A stretch of DNA of 64,000 nt from a virus. The stretch lies in the IMG/VR virus record IMGVR_UViG_3300006735_000022, positions 1-64,000 of that record; one strand, 5' to 3'. The translations under genes and the position numbers were made by a program. This document shows, one piece after another, positions 45,425 to 56,146 of this stretch. Under the pieces are notes generated by a model that was not told where the DNA came from, searched no databases, and saw nothing but the letters and a program-made list of their open reading frames with translations. Each line of letters opens with the position of its first letter. The first letter of the stretch is position 1.

Positions 45425-46716
45425 AGAATAAGGTCGCAGAGTTCGTCGAATACTTAGAAGGAGACGGAGAAAAACTATTCCCCTACATGGCAAATAAGGG
45501 GTGGAAGCATGGTGACAATGTTTATTATTCTGGTCCCTATTGGGATGAGAAAGAACCCATTGCTGCTATCACCACCCTGCTAGAGGGTAAGTGGTTGCCT
45601 GCTGGTGAAGAAGTCAACAAATTTGAACGTGCTTTCTCTAAGCAGTTTGGATTTGGTCACTCAATCATGGTGAACAGTGGATCATCTGCCAACCTGGTGA
45701 TGATTGCTGCTCTCAAGAAGTATTTTGATTGGCATGATGGTGACGAGATCATCGTCTGCACCTGTGGTTTCCCTACCACTATCAATCCCATCATCCAGAA
45801 CGGTCTCAAACCAGTATTTGTAGACATCAACTATGATGATCTCAACTGGGACCTTGATCAACTAGAGTCTAAGATCACTCCCAGAACCGTGGCGCTTTTT
45901 TCTTCGCCTGTTCTGGGAAATCCCTATGACTTCGATAAGTTCATCGAGATTGTCGATAGGAATAACCTGAGGTATATCGCTGACAACTGTGACTCGCTCG
46001 GTTCCAAGTGGAGAGGAGAGTTGCTTACCAAACATGCCGTCGCAGCGTCTTGTTCTTTCTATCCAGCGCACCATATCAGCACGATTGAAGGCGGGATGGT
46101 TTCCTCCAACATTGAGGAGATCGTCCAGATCGCCAGGTCTTTTGCCTGGTGGGGGCGAGGTTGTTATTGTGTAGGATCCCAGAACAAACTGGCCGGTGGT
46201 GTCTGCGGTGCCAGATTCGATAGATGGTTGGAAGGGTACGACCAAGATGTCGATCATAAGTATGTCTTTGGCGTTCAGGGATACAACCTCAAGCCTGCCG
46301 ATTTGCAGGGGTCTATTGGGTTGGTACAACTGACTAAGCAAGACGAGATACATCGCATCCGTCGTAGCAACAAAGCTAGACTTCACGAGATCTTCAGTCA
46401 AATTCCTGGTGCTCGGGTTATTGAAGAGAAAGAGCATGCAGAGACAAGCTGGTTCGGTGTTCCCATCGTGTGTGATGATCACAAACACCGTCTTGTAAAA
46501 TATTTAGAGGACCATAAGGTCCAAACAAGAAACTATTTTGCAGGAAATATCCTAATGCATCCTGCATATAGGCACATTGAACCGGCAAGAAACTATCCCA
46601 ACGCATGTAAAGTCCTTGACAATGTATTCTTTGTTGGGTGTAGTCCGGTTATCACTGAACCTATGTTAGAATACATAGGTGAGGTTGTTTCTAATTACGT
46701 ATCTGAAAATTACTGA
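45415..46716 (+). CDS. rfbH: NDP-4-keto-6-deoxyhexose 3-dehydratase (RfbH/DdhC E1 type)
   Basis: NSGSSANL, DNCDSLG, SFYPAHH (His replacing the Schiff-base Lys), GRGCYC...C Fe-S-type motif. Confidence 0.85.
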   Translation: MSLKNKVAEFVEYLEGDGEKLFPYMANKGWKHGDNVYYSGPYWDEKEPIAAITTLLEGKWLPAGEEVNKFERAFSKQFGFGHSIMVNSGSSANLVMIAALKKYFDWHDGDEIIVCTCGFPTTINPIIQNGLKPVFVDINYDDLNWDLDQLESKITPRTVALFSSPVLGNPYDFDKFIEIVDRNNLRYIADNCDSLGSKWRGELLTKHAVAASCSFYPAHHISTIEGGMVSSNIEEIVQIARSFAWWGRGCYCVGSQNKLAGGVCGARFDRWLEGYDQDVDHKYVFGVQGYNLKPADLQGSIGLVQLTKQDEIHRIRRSNKARLHEIFSQIPGARVIEEKEHAETSWFGVPIVCDDHKHRLVKYLEDHKVQTRNYFAGNILMHPAYRHIEPARNYPNACKVLDNVFFVGCSPVITEPMLEYIGEVVSNYVSENY

Positions 46717-47816
46717 TGGCAAGACAAAAGCGAGCTTTGGTATTGGGTGCCGGTGGTTTCATTGGCAGTCATATGGTGGCAAGACTGAAGACAGAAGGAT
46801 ATTGGGTGCGTGGTGTAGACATCAAGTTCCCTGAGTTCTCAAAGACAGAAGCAGATGAATTCGTTCAGGGAGATCTAAGGGATCTCCGATTCGTTGAACG
46901 AATCATTGAGTACAAGGGAACGCAAGGTAACTTCTATGAGTCAGTGCCTTACCAGTACATCGATACGTTTGATGAGATCTATCAGTTTGCTGCCGACATG
47001 GGTGGTGCTGGTTACATTTTCACTGGTGAGCATGATGCTGACATCATGCATAACTCTGCCAGCATCAATCTGAACCTGCTGGAGTCTGTTCATAAATTCA
47101 ATCAGACTTTTGATGGTCGTGAACGGGAGTGGACAGAAGCAAACAGACCTGCTAAAACACAACCTACGAAGATCTTCTATAGTTCTTCGGCATGTATGTA
47201 CCCTGAGTACAACCAACTAGACCCCGACAATCCTGATTGTCGTGAAGAATCAGCATACCCTGCAGCACCAGACTCAGAATATGGGTGGGAAAAACTTTTT
47301 AGCGAACGACTTTACTTTGCTTATAACCGTAATTACGGTATTCCTGTTCGGGTCGCTCGCTATCACAACATTTTCGGACCCGAAGGCACCTGGGATGGTG
47401 GAAGAGAGAAAGCACCGGCTGCGATCTGCCGCAAAGTTGCTTACCTCCCGCTCTCAGGTGGAGCAATCGAGGTGTGGGGAGACGGCTTACAGACTCGTTC
47501 CTTCCTGTTCATTGATGAATGCATTGAAGCGACTCGAAGACTGATGCAGAGTGACTTCATGGGTCCCGTCAACATCGGTTCAGAGGAGATGGTTACTATT
47601 GACCAACTGGTTGATACCGCTGCTGCAGTGGCACGTAAAGACGTGCAGAAGATCCACGTAGATGTTCCTCATACTGGTGTCCGTGGACGCAATTCCAACA
47701 ACGATTTGATCCGAGAGAAGTTGGATTGGGATTACTCACAATCACTTGAAGAAGGGATTGCGAAGACTTATAATTGGATCGTGTCTCAAATCGGAAAGAA
47801 CCTAGAGGGTCAATGA
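46716..47816 (+). CDS. GDP-mannose 3,5-epimerase-like protein
   Basis: AADMGGAG, YSSSACMYP, YGWEKL, GGREKAPAAICRK, GVRGRNS. Confidence 0.85.
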   Translation: MARQKRALVLGAGGFIGSHMVARLKTEGYWVRGVDIKFPEFSKTEADEFVQGDLRDLRFVERIIEYKGTQGNFYESVPYQYIDTFDEIYQFAADMGGAGYIFTGEHDADIMHNSASINLNLLESVHKFNQTFDGREREWTEANRPAKTQPTKIFYSSSACMYPEYNQLDPDNPDCREESAYPAAPDSEYGWEKLFSERLYFAYNRNYGIPVRVARYHNIFGPEGTWDGGREKAPAAICRKVAYLPLSGGAIEVWGDGLQTRSFLFIDECIEATRRLMQSDFMGPVNIGSEEMVTIDQLVDTAAAVARKDVQKIHVDVPHTGVRGRNSNNDLIREKLDWDYSQSLEEGIAKTYNWIVSQIGKNLEGQ

Positions 47817-48475
47817 ATACAACTTACAACTATGAGCGGGACACACTAGTCCATCCCTTCTCAGGTCACACTAAAATCTTTGACAACTTCTCTCAAGCAT
47901 ACCAGGACATCTTTGTCCTCAGTATGCTCAAGGGGAAGCGTAAAGGAAAGTATGTTGAGGTTGGTGCTAACCACCCTCAGGTCATGAGCAACACCTTCCT
48001 ACTGGAGACTGCTTTCGCTTGGCGTGGGTTCTCTGTGGAGATTGAGAAGTCTATGTGTGAGGTGTTCAATGGTGACATGGCAAGGCAGAACCATTGCTAT
48101 GAAGCAGACGCTACCACGTTTGACTTTGCAGATGCTATTGCTAAGGAGAAGTGGCAGGGACGTGTAGATTATTTCTCTGTTGACTGTGAACCACCTGAGG
48201 TTACTTTCAAAGCACTGAAAGCATTCCCACATGATACCTTCCGTGCCAGTGTCATTACGTTTGAGCATGACTCATACAAGGATGGTGATACCATTCGCGA
48301 TCACTCACGTAAGTTCTTGGAAAAACTTGGTTACCAATTAGTGTGTGCCAGTGTATGCAACGGTGGTAATCCATACGAAGACTGGTGGGTTGATCCTAAA
48401 GTTGTATCGGAAGAGATCTGGAAACCATTTGAGTGTGTTGACCAGGAAGCCAAGAGTATTATCATTGGTCAATGA
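47813..48475 (+). CDS. FkbM-like methyltransferase
   Basis: YVEVGA, SNT..LE, DYFSVDCE, ITFEHD. Confidence 0.7.
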   Translation: MNTTYNYERDTLVHPFSGHTKIFDNFSQAYQDIFVLSMLKGKRKGKYVEVGANHPQVMSNTFLLETAFAWRGFSVEIEKSMCEVFNGDMARQNHCYEADATTFDFADAIAKEKWQGRVDYFSVDCEPPEVTFKALKAFPHDTFRASVITFEHDSYKDGDTIRDHSRKFLEKLGYQLVCASVCNGGNPYEDWWVDPKVVSEEIWKPFECVDQEAKSIIIGQ

Positions 48476-49245
48476 AGTTATCTCATTGGTATGGCAGACT
48501 GGGTAATAATATCCAGCAGACAGCGATAGGTTTGATGTGTGCCCAAGCATATCAAACAAAATTTATTCAACCATTGGAGCATGACATCATCGGAAGGTGG
48601 GAGCAACCCTTTGGGGTCAAACCTTCTGGGGTTCAAGGAAAGTTTTTTTATTACAACGGACCTTTTCATGAAGTTCCTATTGATGCTGGAAAAGTTTATA
48701 CTGAGATGCGTGCGTTCTGTAAAGAATACGTTCGTCCGTATCTTTGCTTACCGAGAGTGGATGTTGATCCTGATACTCTTGTCATTCATATTCGGAGTGG
48801 AGATGTTTTTGACCAAAGGGTTGATAACCCTGGTCAATATGTTCCTAATCCTTATTGTTTTTACAGTACATTACTTGAGAGCTTTGATCGTGCAATCGTC
48901 GTTACGGAACCTGACCAATTCAATCCGATTGTTGAGGAACTCAAGTGGGATCCTAAGGTTACGGTCCAGTCTAAAAGTGTTGCGGAAGACTTCGCGACGC
49001 TGATGGCAGCAAAGCATGTTGCAACCTCTGGTGTAGGAACCTTTGCTATGGCAGCAGTATTGTGTAGTGAAAATATCACTGACCTTTACTGCACAAATAT
49101 TTGCATCGAAGAGCATCTAAACTATAAGATGCTTTATAATACTGATGTTACCATCAACATGATGGTCCTGCAGGACTACATCAAGACCGGAGAATGGGCA
49201 AACACTGATGAACAAAGAGAATTCCTCTTTAGTTACAAGGTATAG
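48472..49245 (+). CDS. GT11-like glycosyltransferase
   Basis: GRLGNN, IHIRSGD, EDF, GTF. Confidence 0.7.
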   Translation: MKLSHWYGRLGNNIQQTAIGLMCAQAYQTKFIQPLEHDIIGRWEQPFGVKPSGVQGKFFYYNGPFHEVPIDAGKVYTEMRAFCKEYVRPYLCLPRVDVDPDTLVIHIRSGDVFDQRVDNPGQYVPNPYCFYSTLLESFDRAIVVTEPDQFNPIVEELKWDPKVTVQSKSVAEDFATLMAAKHVATSGVGTFAMAAVLCSENITDLYCTNICIEEHLNYKMLYNTDVTINMMVLQDYIKTGEWANTDEQREFLFSYKV

Positions 49246-49750
49246 ACTCAAGGTTACTCATCAGAAATTGATTGAGAACTTGTGTTATGATATGCCCTAC
49301 TATTTTTTCAAGGACTGTGCCTATGGCAACAAAGATCATGCCTTGAGAAAGGATATGAATCCGTACTTCAGTCATACGTTACTCCATGTCAATGGCACAA
49401 CGTCTGACTTTTTCTACAAGATACCTTGGGATGAAATAGGTAAGGCAATCAACATGCCTAATGCCAAGATGACCAGGGCACACATGACCTTACAGTATCC
49501 AAGACCTGATGCTATAGGTGTACCACACAACGCTCACGTTGATGATCACAGACCACACATAGTGGCACTGTATTATCCCAATGAATCAGATGGGGAGACA
49601 TACTTTTTTGACTCCTCGGGTAACGTGATACATACAGAAGAACCTGAACGTGGTAAGATTGTAGTCTTCGATGGCAAGACTTTACACTCTAGTTCTTCAC
49701 CCTCATCTAATGTTCGATTCTCTTTGAATATAAATTATGGCAATCTATGA
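49208..49750 (+). CDS. 2OG-Fe(II) oxygenase
   Basis: HVD, LYYPNESDGET, FDG..LHSS, R. Confidence 0.78.
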   Translation: MNKENSSLVTRYRLKVTHQKLIENLCYDMPYYFFKDCAYGNKDHALRKDMNPYFSHTLLHVNGTTSDFFYKIPWDEIGKAINMPNAKMTRAHMTLQYPRPDAIGVPHNAHVDDHRPHIVALYYPNESDGETYFFDSSGNVIHTEEPERGKIVVFDGKTLHSSSSPSSNVRFSLNINYGNL

Positions 49751-50582
49751 TGTCTTTACGTTCTACAATGAACTTGATCTCCTGGAACTGAGGATGAACA
49801 TCCTTGGTAATGTAGTAGATTACTTTGTTATCAACGAAGCAAACATTACCTTCACCGGCAAACCCAAACCCATGTACTTTGCCGAGAACCGTAAGCGGTT
49901 CAAGAAGTGGGAAGACAAAATCATCTATCGCGAGACGATTGATGACAATGAAACCCTAGAAAGTTATTGGAAGGATGTTCCTTATCATAGGAGCATGATG
50001 GAGGAAGACATCTACAAACTGCCACTGCCTTATCAGAGGGCATGCTTCCATAAAGACAGTGCCATCTATGCCCTGCTAGGCAAGGCAAAGGATGACGACA
50101 TCATCCTTACGAGTGATGCCGATGAGATTGCTAACCCAGAGGCACTGAAGTGTATTGAGGAGTGGTTTGATCCTGCTCACCACTATGTCCTTACTGGTCC
50201 TCTGTATTACTACTACCTCAACGTCAAGTGTGAGGATCAGTGGATGGGAACACGAGTGTGTGACTTCAAGACACTGAAGACGATGAGTGTTGATAAACTC
50301 CGTCAGTCACACCAGGATGCATACAAACTTGCCAATGCCTCATGGCACTGGAGTTTCTTTGGTGACGCTGACACCGTGCGGCAGAAGATGGATGCCTATG
50401 AGCACCAGGAGAACAACACTGAGGAGTTCCGTTCCAGTATGGAGGACAGGATCAAGCACAACCTTGACCCATATGGACGCACCTATCTCTACCAACCAAC
50501 TGTTGTGGAGATCGACGACACCTTCCCTTCATATGTGAGGGCACAGAAGAATCGTAAACTGAAAAAGTTTGTGAAAGTATGA
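49737..50582 (+). CDS. GT17-family glycosyltransferase
   Basis: FYNELDLLELR, TFTGKPKP, SDADEI, WHWSF. Confidence 0.82.
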   Translation: MAIYDVFTFYNELDLLELRMNILGNVVDYFVINEANITFTGKPKPMYFAENRKRFKKWEDKIIYRETIDDNETLESYWKDVPYHRSMMEEDIYKLPLPYQRACFHKDSAIYALLGKAKDDDIILTSDADEIANPEALKCIEEWFDPAHHYVLTGPLYYYYLNVKCEDQWMGTRVCDFKTLKTMSVDKLRQSHQDAYKLANASWHWSFFGDADTVRQKMDAYEHQENNTEEFRSSMEDRIKHNLDPYGRTYLYQPTVVEIDDTFPSYVRAQKNRKLKKFVKV

Positions 50583-51484
50583 AACTAATTTCGGGACCAG
50601 CGGTTGCAGACCTCTGTGATTATAGTTTTGGTGATCAGGCAGGTATGGTAGGGGGTGTCTACGGTGCCTTTATGAATGATGCAAACTCATCTAACACTGA
50701 GTTCTTGTGTGACAAGGAAGTCATCAAACTATTCATTGACAATGTGAGGTTGTACCATAGACCAATTAGGTGTGGTAATAAAAAAGATCAGGTGTGGATC
50801 AATGGTCTACAGAAACGTAATGATCTTATGAAACTATGTGCACAACATCCTGATAAAAAATTCATAGTCTTCTGTAACAACGAAGATACTCCTGTCAATT
50901 CTGACATCGAAATTCCTGACAATGTGTTGGGAATTTTTGCTGCAAATGCAGTGGGATTCAAAGATAAGTTATATCCATTCCCCTATGGTGTGGGTAGGAA
51001 ATTGAGTGCTAATGATGAACGCCAAAGGATTCTACTCTCTGCTATGGAGAACGATCCGAAACCCAGAAAACTTCTGTACATCAATCATGCAGAGCACACT
51101 AACCTCAGTGAACGTGGTAACATCCGTCAGATGTTCAACGACAGATCCTATGCCACCGTCTCAGACCGAACAGACTACGCCACATATGTCAGATCAATCC
51201 AAGACCACAAGTTCATGATCTGTCCTCAGGGTAATGCCGTGGACTGTCATCGTAACTGGGAGGTTTTATACTTGAGGCGTGTCCCTATCATGCTAAAGAA
51301 TGATTATCTTCAGGAGTTATACAAGGACTATCCTGTCATGTGGGTAGATGACTTTGGTAAAATCAATAAAACTATTCTGACAGATGGTCAAGAACTAGTA
51401 GACCGGGCTAGGAATATCGACATCAATCTGCTAGACTTGTACTCAGTATTCAACAGAGCAGTGAAACGTGCAAAAAATTCCTGA
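50579..51484 (+). CDS. exostosin/GT47-like glycosyltransferase
   Basis: KFMICPQGNAVDCHRNWEVLY..VPI. Confidence 0.7.
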   Translation: MKLISGPAVADLCDYSFGDQAGMVGGVYGAFMNDANSSNTEFLCDKEVIKLFIDNVRLYHRPIRCGNKKDQVWINGLQKRNDLMKLCAQHPDKKFIVFCNNEDTPVNSDIEIPDNVLGIFAANAVGFKDKLYPFPYGVGRKLSANDERQRILLSAMENDPKPRKLLYINHAEHTNLSERGNIRQMFNDRSYATVSDRTDYATYVRSIQDHKFMICPQGNAVDCHRNWEVLYLRRVPIMLKNDYLQELYKDYPVMWVDDFGKINKTILTDGQELVDRARNIDINLLDLYSVFNRAVKRAKNS

Positions 51485-52139
51485 TGTCACACTGCTGATG
51501 CTTGCTGACGTAGACATTCCTGAAGCTGTCTATGCGGTAAATAAGTCATGCGAGTCTATTGAATGGGGTGCTGTCAAATTTCTCGGCAGCAAAGGAAGAC
51601 CGGAAGGTCTTTGTGATCAAGCACAGTATGAGGAAACTTATCCAATTCAGAGCATCAATGATTTCAATTTTTATTGCATATATAACCTTATCAATCATAT
51701 TCAGTCCACGCATTGCCTCCTTATTCATCCTGATGGTTTTGTTATTAGACCTTGGCTTTGGGATAGCACGTGGTTACAGTACGACTACATCGGTGCCCCC
51801 TGGAGAGACGACCCTACCGCCTTCCTCGATCCCTGGGGTAAGAACCAACGAGTCGGCAATGGGGGATTTTCCCTACGTTCCAGAAAACTACTGGAGGTCC
51901 CCAAGCGTGTAGTAATACCTTGGGAAGTCAACGAAGGAAACTTCTACAAGCATATGAATGCCGGACTATATAATGAGGACGGAAACATATGCGTTCACAA
52001 CCGGCATCTTTTTGAGGAGCAGGGATGCGTCTTTGCTCCAGTGGAAGTTGCCGCTAGGTTCTCTAAAGAAGTAGAGTGCCCAGAACACGAAGGTGTTGAG
52101 ACCTTCGGTTTTCATTATCATTTTCAAGAAATCCGATGA
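51468..52139 (+). CDS. DUF5672-like putative glycosyltransferase
   Basis: YDYIGAPW, VGNGGFSLRS, NED. Confidence 0.75.
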   Translation: MQKIPDVTLLMLADVDIPEAVYAVNKSCESIEWGAVKFLGSKGRPEGLCDQAQYEETYPIQSINDFNFYCIYNLINHIQSTHCLLIHPDGFVIRPWLWDSTWLQYDYIGAPWRDDPTAFLDPWGKNQRVGNGGFSLRSRKLLEVPKRVVIPWEVNEGNFYKHMNAGLYNEDGNICVHNRHLFEEQGCVFAPVEVAARFSKEVECPEHEGVETFGFHYHFQEIR

Positions 52140-52927
52140 CAGTCAAATATTATCCTCTGTGGTGGAACCCCTGGCAAGACAAGCATCTTGATCTAGGTTC
52201 AAAGACTGTCAGTATCTCTATTGATAATCTTGATTATGATCCGCAGGCAGACGTAAAGATTCTGTTCCTGGCAGAACCATACTCCATCCTCCCTACAGTC
52301 ACTGAGGGAGCACTCCGTGGTGCTTATCACTTTGATAAGATCTACACGTTTACGGAGAGGATGCTAGATGAATACCCTCAAGCAGAATTGTTTGAGTGGG
52401 GATCTAGTTGGTTGAACTTCCCTGACTTGCTTATCGACAAAGGTAACAACGTTACCTTCGTAACTAGTGAGAAGAATCAGACTGTGGGTCACCGCATGCG
52501 TCTGGATATTTTTGAAATGCTCAAAAATATTGACGTATCAAACGGACTCCAGTATTATGCTCATAAGTCTCCTCCTTTTCACCAAAGGAGAAATGACTTC
52601 TTCGAGAATGCGAAGTTCCATATTGCAGTAGAGAATTCTAGACAAAAGAATTACTTTACTGAGAAGGTCATTGATTGTTTTGCATCTAAGACTGTTCCTA
52701 TCTACTATGGGTGTGACAACCTTGGTGATTGGTTCAACATGGATGGAGTGATTGTCTTCCACGACATGGAAGAACTTGAACTTATCCTGAAGCATCTGGA
52801 TTCAGACAAGTATGACTGGAGGAAGGATGCTATTGAGGAGAACTATGAAATTGCCAAACGATTCCATAGTGACAATGATGTTGTTCCTAGGTTGACTAGG
52901 AAAATAAAGGAATTCGTAGGCAAATGA
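52136..52927 (+). CDS. GT10-like (alpha-1,3-fucosyltransferase-like) protein
   Basis: KFHIAVENS, YFTEKVIDCF, VPIYYG. Confidence 0.78.
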   Translation: MTVKYYPLWWNPWQDKHLDLGSKTVSISIDNLDYDPQADVKILFLAEPYSILPTVTEGALRGAYHFDKIYTFTERMLDEYPQAELFEWGSSWLNFPDLLIDKGNNVTFVTSEKNQTVGHRMRLDIFEMLKNIDVSNGLQYYAHKSPPFHQRRNDFFENAKFHIAVENSRQKNYFTEKVIDCFASKTVPIYYGCDNLGDWFNMDGVIVFHDMEELELILKHLDSDKYDWRKDAIEENYEIAKRFHSDNDVVPRLTRKIKEFVGK

Positions 52928-53610
52928 GGGTAAGCTATTGCATCCCAACGCATGACAAAAACCCAAGGTGTCAGCAGTATCTGTTTGACATCTTTCACAG
53001 TCTGTCACTGCAAAAAGATATGAACTTCAATGTTTGGGTGTCAGATCATGGCACATCAAACAAAGTTCTCCGTGCGTGTGAAGAGTATGATGATCTCTTT
53101 GAGATCAATTACGTTCAGAACCCAACCAAGATCGGTAACATTTCTGCCAATACTAATAACGCTATGCGTTTGGCAGATGGTGATATCTTGAAAATTATGT
53201 TTAGTGATGATATGATTCTAACCAAGAATCTTACATCAGAATTAGACCGTGTGTTTACTGATGATGTAACCTGGGCAGTGACTGGGTATGCTCACACTTT
53301 AGATGATGGTAAGACCCATTACAACCCTAAGATTCCTGTCTATAACAACCGTCTGCTAGAGGGTGTCAACACCCTCAGTTCTCCATCTATTCTTGCTCTC
53401 CGTAATGGTTGTGGTGAATACTTCGATGAAGAACTCACCATGCTGATGGATTGTGACATGTTCTACAGGTTGTATGAAAATTATGGAGAACCTGTAGTGT
53501 TACCCCACTACCACATCTCTAATCGTGAACATCCACATCAAACCCAGAGGCAGTATGAGCATCTGATGGAATCTGAACTTGCATATTTGAAGGAGAAGCA
53601 CAACACATGA
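52924..53610 (+). CDS. GT2-family glycosyltransferase
   Basis: VSYCIPT, SDH, FSDD, FDEEL..MD. Confidence 0.78.
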   Translation: MRVSYCIPTHDKNPRCQQYLFDIFHSLSLQKDMNFNVWVSDHGTSNKVLRACEEYDDLFEINYVQNPTKIGNISANTNNAMRLADGDILKIMFSDDMILTKNLTSELDRVFTDDVTWAVTGYAHTLDDGKTHYNPKIPVYNNRLLEGVNTLSSPSILALRNGCGEYFDEELTMLMDCDMFYRLYENYGEPVVLPHYHISNREHPHQTQRQYEHLMESELAYLKEKHNT

Positions 53611-54395
53611 TTGGATTCAATCACCTAGGTCGTCATGGTCGTTTGGGAAACCAGATGTTCCAGTATGCAGGTCTCCGTGGTATTGCTGCTAAGCATGGGT
53701 ATGATTTTTGCATCCCACCCAGTGACTTCAAAGATGAGTGGACAGACCATCAACTGTTTGAGTGTTTCAAACTCCCTGGTCTGACAAACATCGCAGTTTG
53801 TCCTGGACCCTACGTACAGGAAGGACACTTCCACTTTGATCAGAAATTGTTTGACAACATGCCTGATGGGCATAATGTCTACGGGTATCTACAGAGTGAG
53901 AAGTGGTTCATGCACATTGAATCAGAGATCCGTGAGGACTTTGAATTCAAGAACAATATCAAGGACCCATGTCAAGAGATGATTGGTTCGGTTGACCGAC
54001 CCATTGCTCTTCATGTTCGTCGTGGTGACTACATAACTAACTGCGACAACCATCCACCTTGTACAAAAGAATATTATGATCGTGCACTTTCGCACTTTGA
54101 TGATAGTAGGACTGTTGTTGTTTTTTCTGACGATCCTGCTTGGTGTAACGAACAATTTGTAGATGATCGTTTCTTGATCTCTGAAGGTGGCGACAATGTT
54201 GCTGACCTGTGTATGATGAGTCTCTGTACTGACTTCATTATTGCCAACTCTTCATTTTCCTGGTGGGGTTCGTGGTTGAGCACAAATCCAGACAAGAAAA
54301 TTATTGCCCCGAGTAAATGGTTCGGGACAGGATATACCAAAAACCATAACACCTCTGACCTTTATTGCACTAACTGGGAAGTTATCGATGTCTGA
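53607..54395 (+). CDS. GT11 alpha-1,2-fucosyltransferase-like protein
   Basis: GRLGNQMFQYA, GYLQSEK, HVRRGDY, IANSSFSWW. Confidence 0.9.
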   Translation: MIGFNHLGRHGRLGNQMFQYAGLRGIAAKHGYDFCIPPSDFKDEWTDHQLFECFKLPGLTNIAVCPGPYVQEGHFHFDQKLFDNMPDGHNVYGYLQSEKWFMHIESEIREDFEFKNNIKDPCQEMIGSVDRPIALHVRRGDYITNCDNHPPCTKEYYDRALSHFDDSRTVVVFSDDPAWCNEQFVDDRFLISEGGDNVADLCMMSLCTDFIIANSSFSWWGSWLSTNPDKKIIAPSKWFGTGYTKNHNTSDLYCTNWEVIDV

Positions 54396-55350
54396 AACAA
54401 TTCAACAAGAAGGACTAGAAATTCAAGACTTAGGAATGTACGAGGATCTTCAGATCCAACCTGTAAATTCCTGGGATCTTACTAAGACTACATTCATCAT
54501 TCCTCTGAGGATTGAGAGTGTTGATCGGATGCGTAACATCACGACGACACTGATCTATCTTCTGCGTAACTTTGACACACAGATCATTATCAAGGAGCAA
54601 GATGTTGAGTCTATCTTCTTGAAGAATGTGGTGCCAATGCTTGATCAAGCATTGTCTCCTGAGAAGATGACAAAGATCCATCACATCTTTGAGGAGAGTG
54701 ATGAGGTAGTCTTCCACCGCACTCGTTTGATCAACGACATGTTGATGCTGGTTGAGACTCCTGTGGTCTGCAACTATGACTGCGATGTTCTGTTGCCTAT
54801 GAACAACTACATCCTGGCACAGAATGCTATCCTCTATGGTTGGATCCCACCTAATGATCCTGGTGCAATTCCTGAACCTGTGAAGTGTGTCTACCCTTAT
54901 GGGTATGGTGACTATCAGTATCAACTGCGAGTGACTGATGAAGACTGCACTCGATTCATCAACAGCAACTTCAACTTCAATGCATTCCAGAAGAATGCAA
55001 ACCTGTATGATGCCAAGTTTGGTTTCGTACAGTTCTTTGACACTAAAGAATACCTCCGACTTGGTGGTGAGAATGAAGGGTTCATTGCTTATGGTTATGA
55101 GGATGACGAACGATACATTCGTTTCAACACCTGCTCACAGGTGCTGCGTCTGAATGATCTCATCTACCACATGGAGCACCGTCGTACTCCTAACTCCTGG
55201 TTCAACAACCCCCACATCGAAGAGAACCGTCAACTGTGGGAAGAACTTCGTAACTTTGGTAAGACAAAGTTTGAAGAGTATTATAAGAATCCTGCATACC
55301 TCAAGTATCGTGGTGTTCTCAACGGCAAGCGCCGGGGTATGAATGACTGA
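54388..55350 (+). CDS. galactosyltransferase-like GT (GT2/GT7 type)
   Basis: FIIPLR, YDCDV, GGENEGFIAYGYEDDE, YHMEH. Confidence 0.75.
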   Translation: MSETIQQEGLEIQDLGMYEDLQIQPVNSWDLTKTTFIIPLRIESVDRMRNITTTLIYLLRNFDTQIIIKEQDVESIFLKNVVPMLDQALSPEKMTKIHHIFEESDEVVFHRTRLINDMLMLVETPVVCNYDCDVLLPMNNYILAQNAILYGWIPPNDPGAIPEPVKCVYPYGYGDYQYQLRVTDEDCTRFINSNFNFNAFQKNANLYDAKFGFVQFFDTKEYLRLGGENEGFIAYGYEDDERYIRFNTCSQVLRLNDLIYHMEHRRTPNSWFNNPHIEENRQLWEELRNFGKTKFEEYYKNPAYLKYRGVLNGKRRGMND

Positions 55351-56146
55351 TAGGAACAAGTCTATCGACAAACTCAAAGGGTTCCCTAAAGTTCTTTGGA
55401 TCAACCTAGATCGTGTGCCCCAACGTCGGGCATACATGGAAGAACAACTGAACTACTGGGGACTCAGTGACAACCACCGCATCAGCGGTGTTGATGGTGA
55501 TGAGTATGAAGAGTACCTAAAAGGTTCTGTTCCTCATAACATGAACAAGGGTGAGATTGCATGTGTAATGTCTCACCTGAATGCTTTACGATACTTTGTC
55601 GAAGAGACTGACCTGAATGAAATCTTCATCATGGAAGATGACATCGATCTGTCTACTGTCAAGCATTGGACTTTCACTTGGAAGGATGTAAGGAAGAGAC
55701 TCCCTATCAACTGGGACTGTCTCCAACTAACCATCATCAACCCTAATGGTATTACTCTGAAGTTACACCAAAGGTTTATCAATGACTTCTCTGCTGCTGG
55801 ATACCTGATCACCAGACACCATGCAACTAAAGTTCTCAGGTGTCATCAGCGTGGTAACCAGTGGAAACTGGATCAGAACATCAGACCTCGTGCAGTATCT
55901 GAAGACTTGATCCTTGACAGTGGCAAGTCATACTCCACTCCTCTGTTCAACTATCGTTTGGACATGGGTTCTGCTATTCATGAAGAGCACATTGACATCT
56001 TCCATAAGGGCAGTAACGAAGCACTAGCACAGTTCTGGGAGAGGGATGCTAGAGAGCACACCATCGATCAGATCATGGAACTAGACGAATATTGTGGTAG
56101 AATTCCACCATCGGTTTACCTTGAGCAAGCAGCACAACAACAATGA
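55343..56146 (+). CDS. GT25-family glycosyltransferase
   Basis: INLDR...RR, GEIACVMSH, IMEDD. Confidence 0.82.
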   Translation: MTDRNKSIDKLKGFPKVLWINLDRVPQRRAYMEEQLNYWGLSDNHRISGVDGDEYEEYLKGSVPHNMNKGEIACVMSHLNALRYFVEETDLNEIFIMEDDIDLSTVKHWTFTWKDVRKRLPINWDCLQLTIINPNGITLKLHQRFINDFSAAGYLITRHHATKVLRCHQRGNQWKLDQNIRPRAVSEDLILDSGKSYSTPLFNYRLDMGSAIHEEHIDIFHKGSNEALAQFWERDAREHTIDQIMELDEYCGRIPPSVYLEQAAQQQ

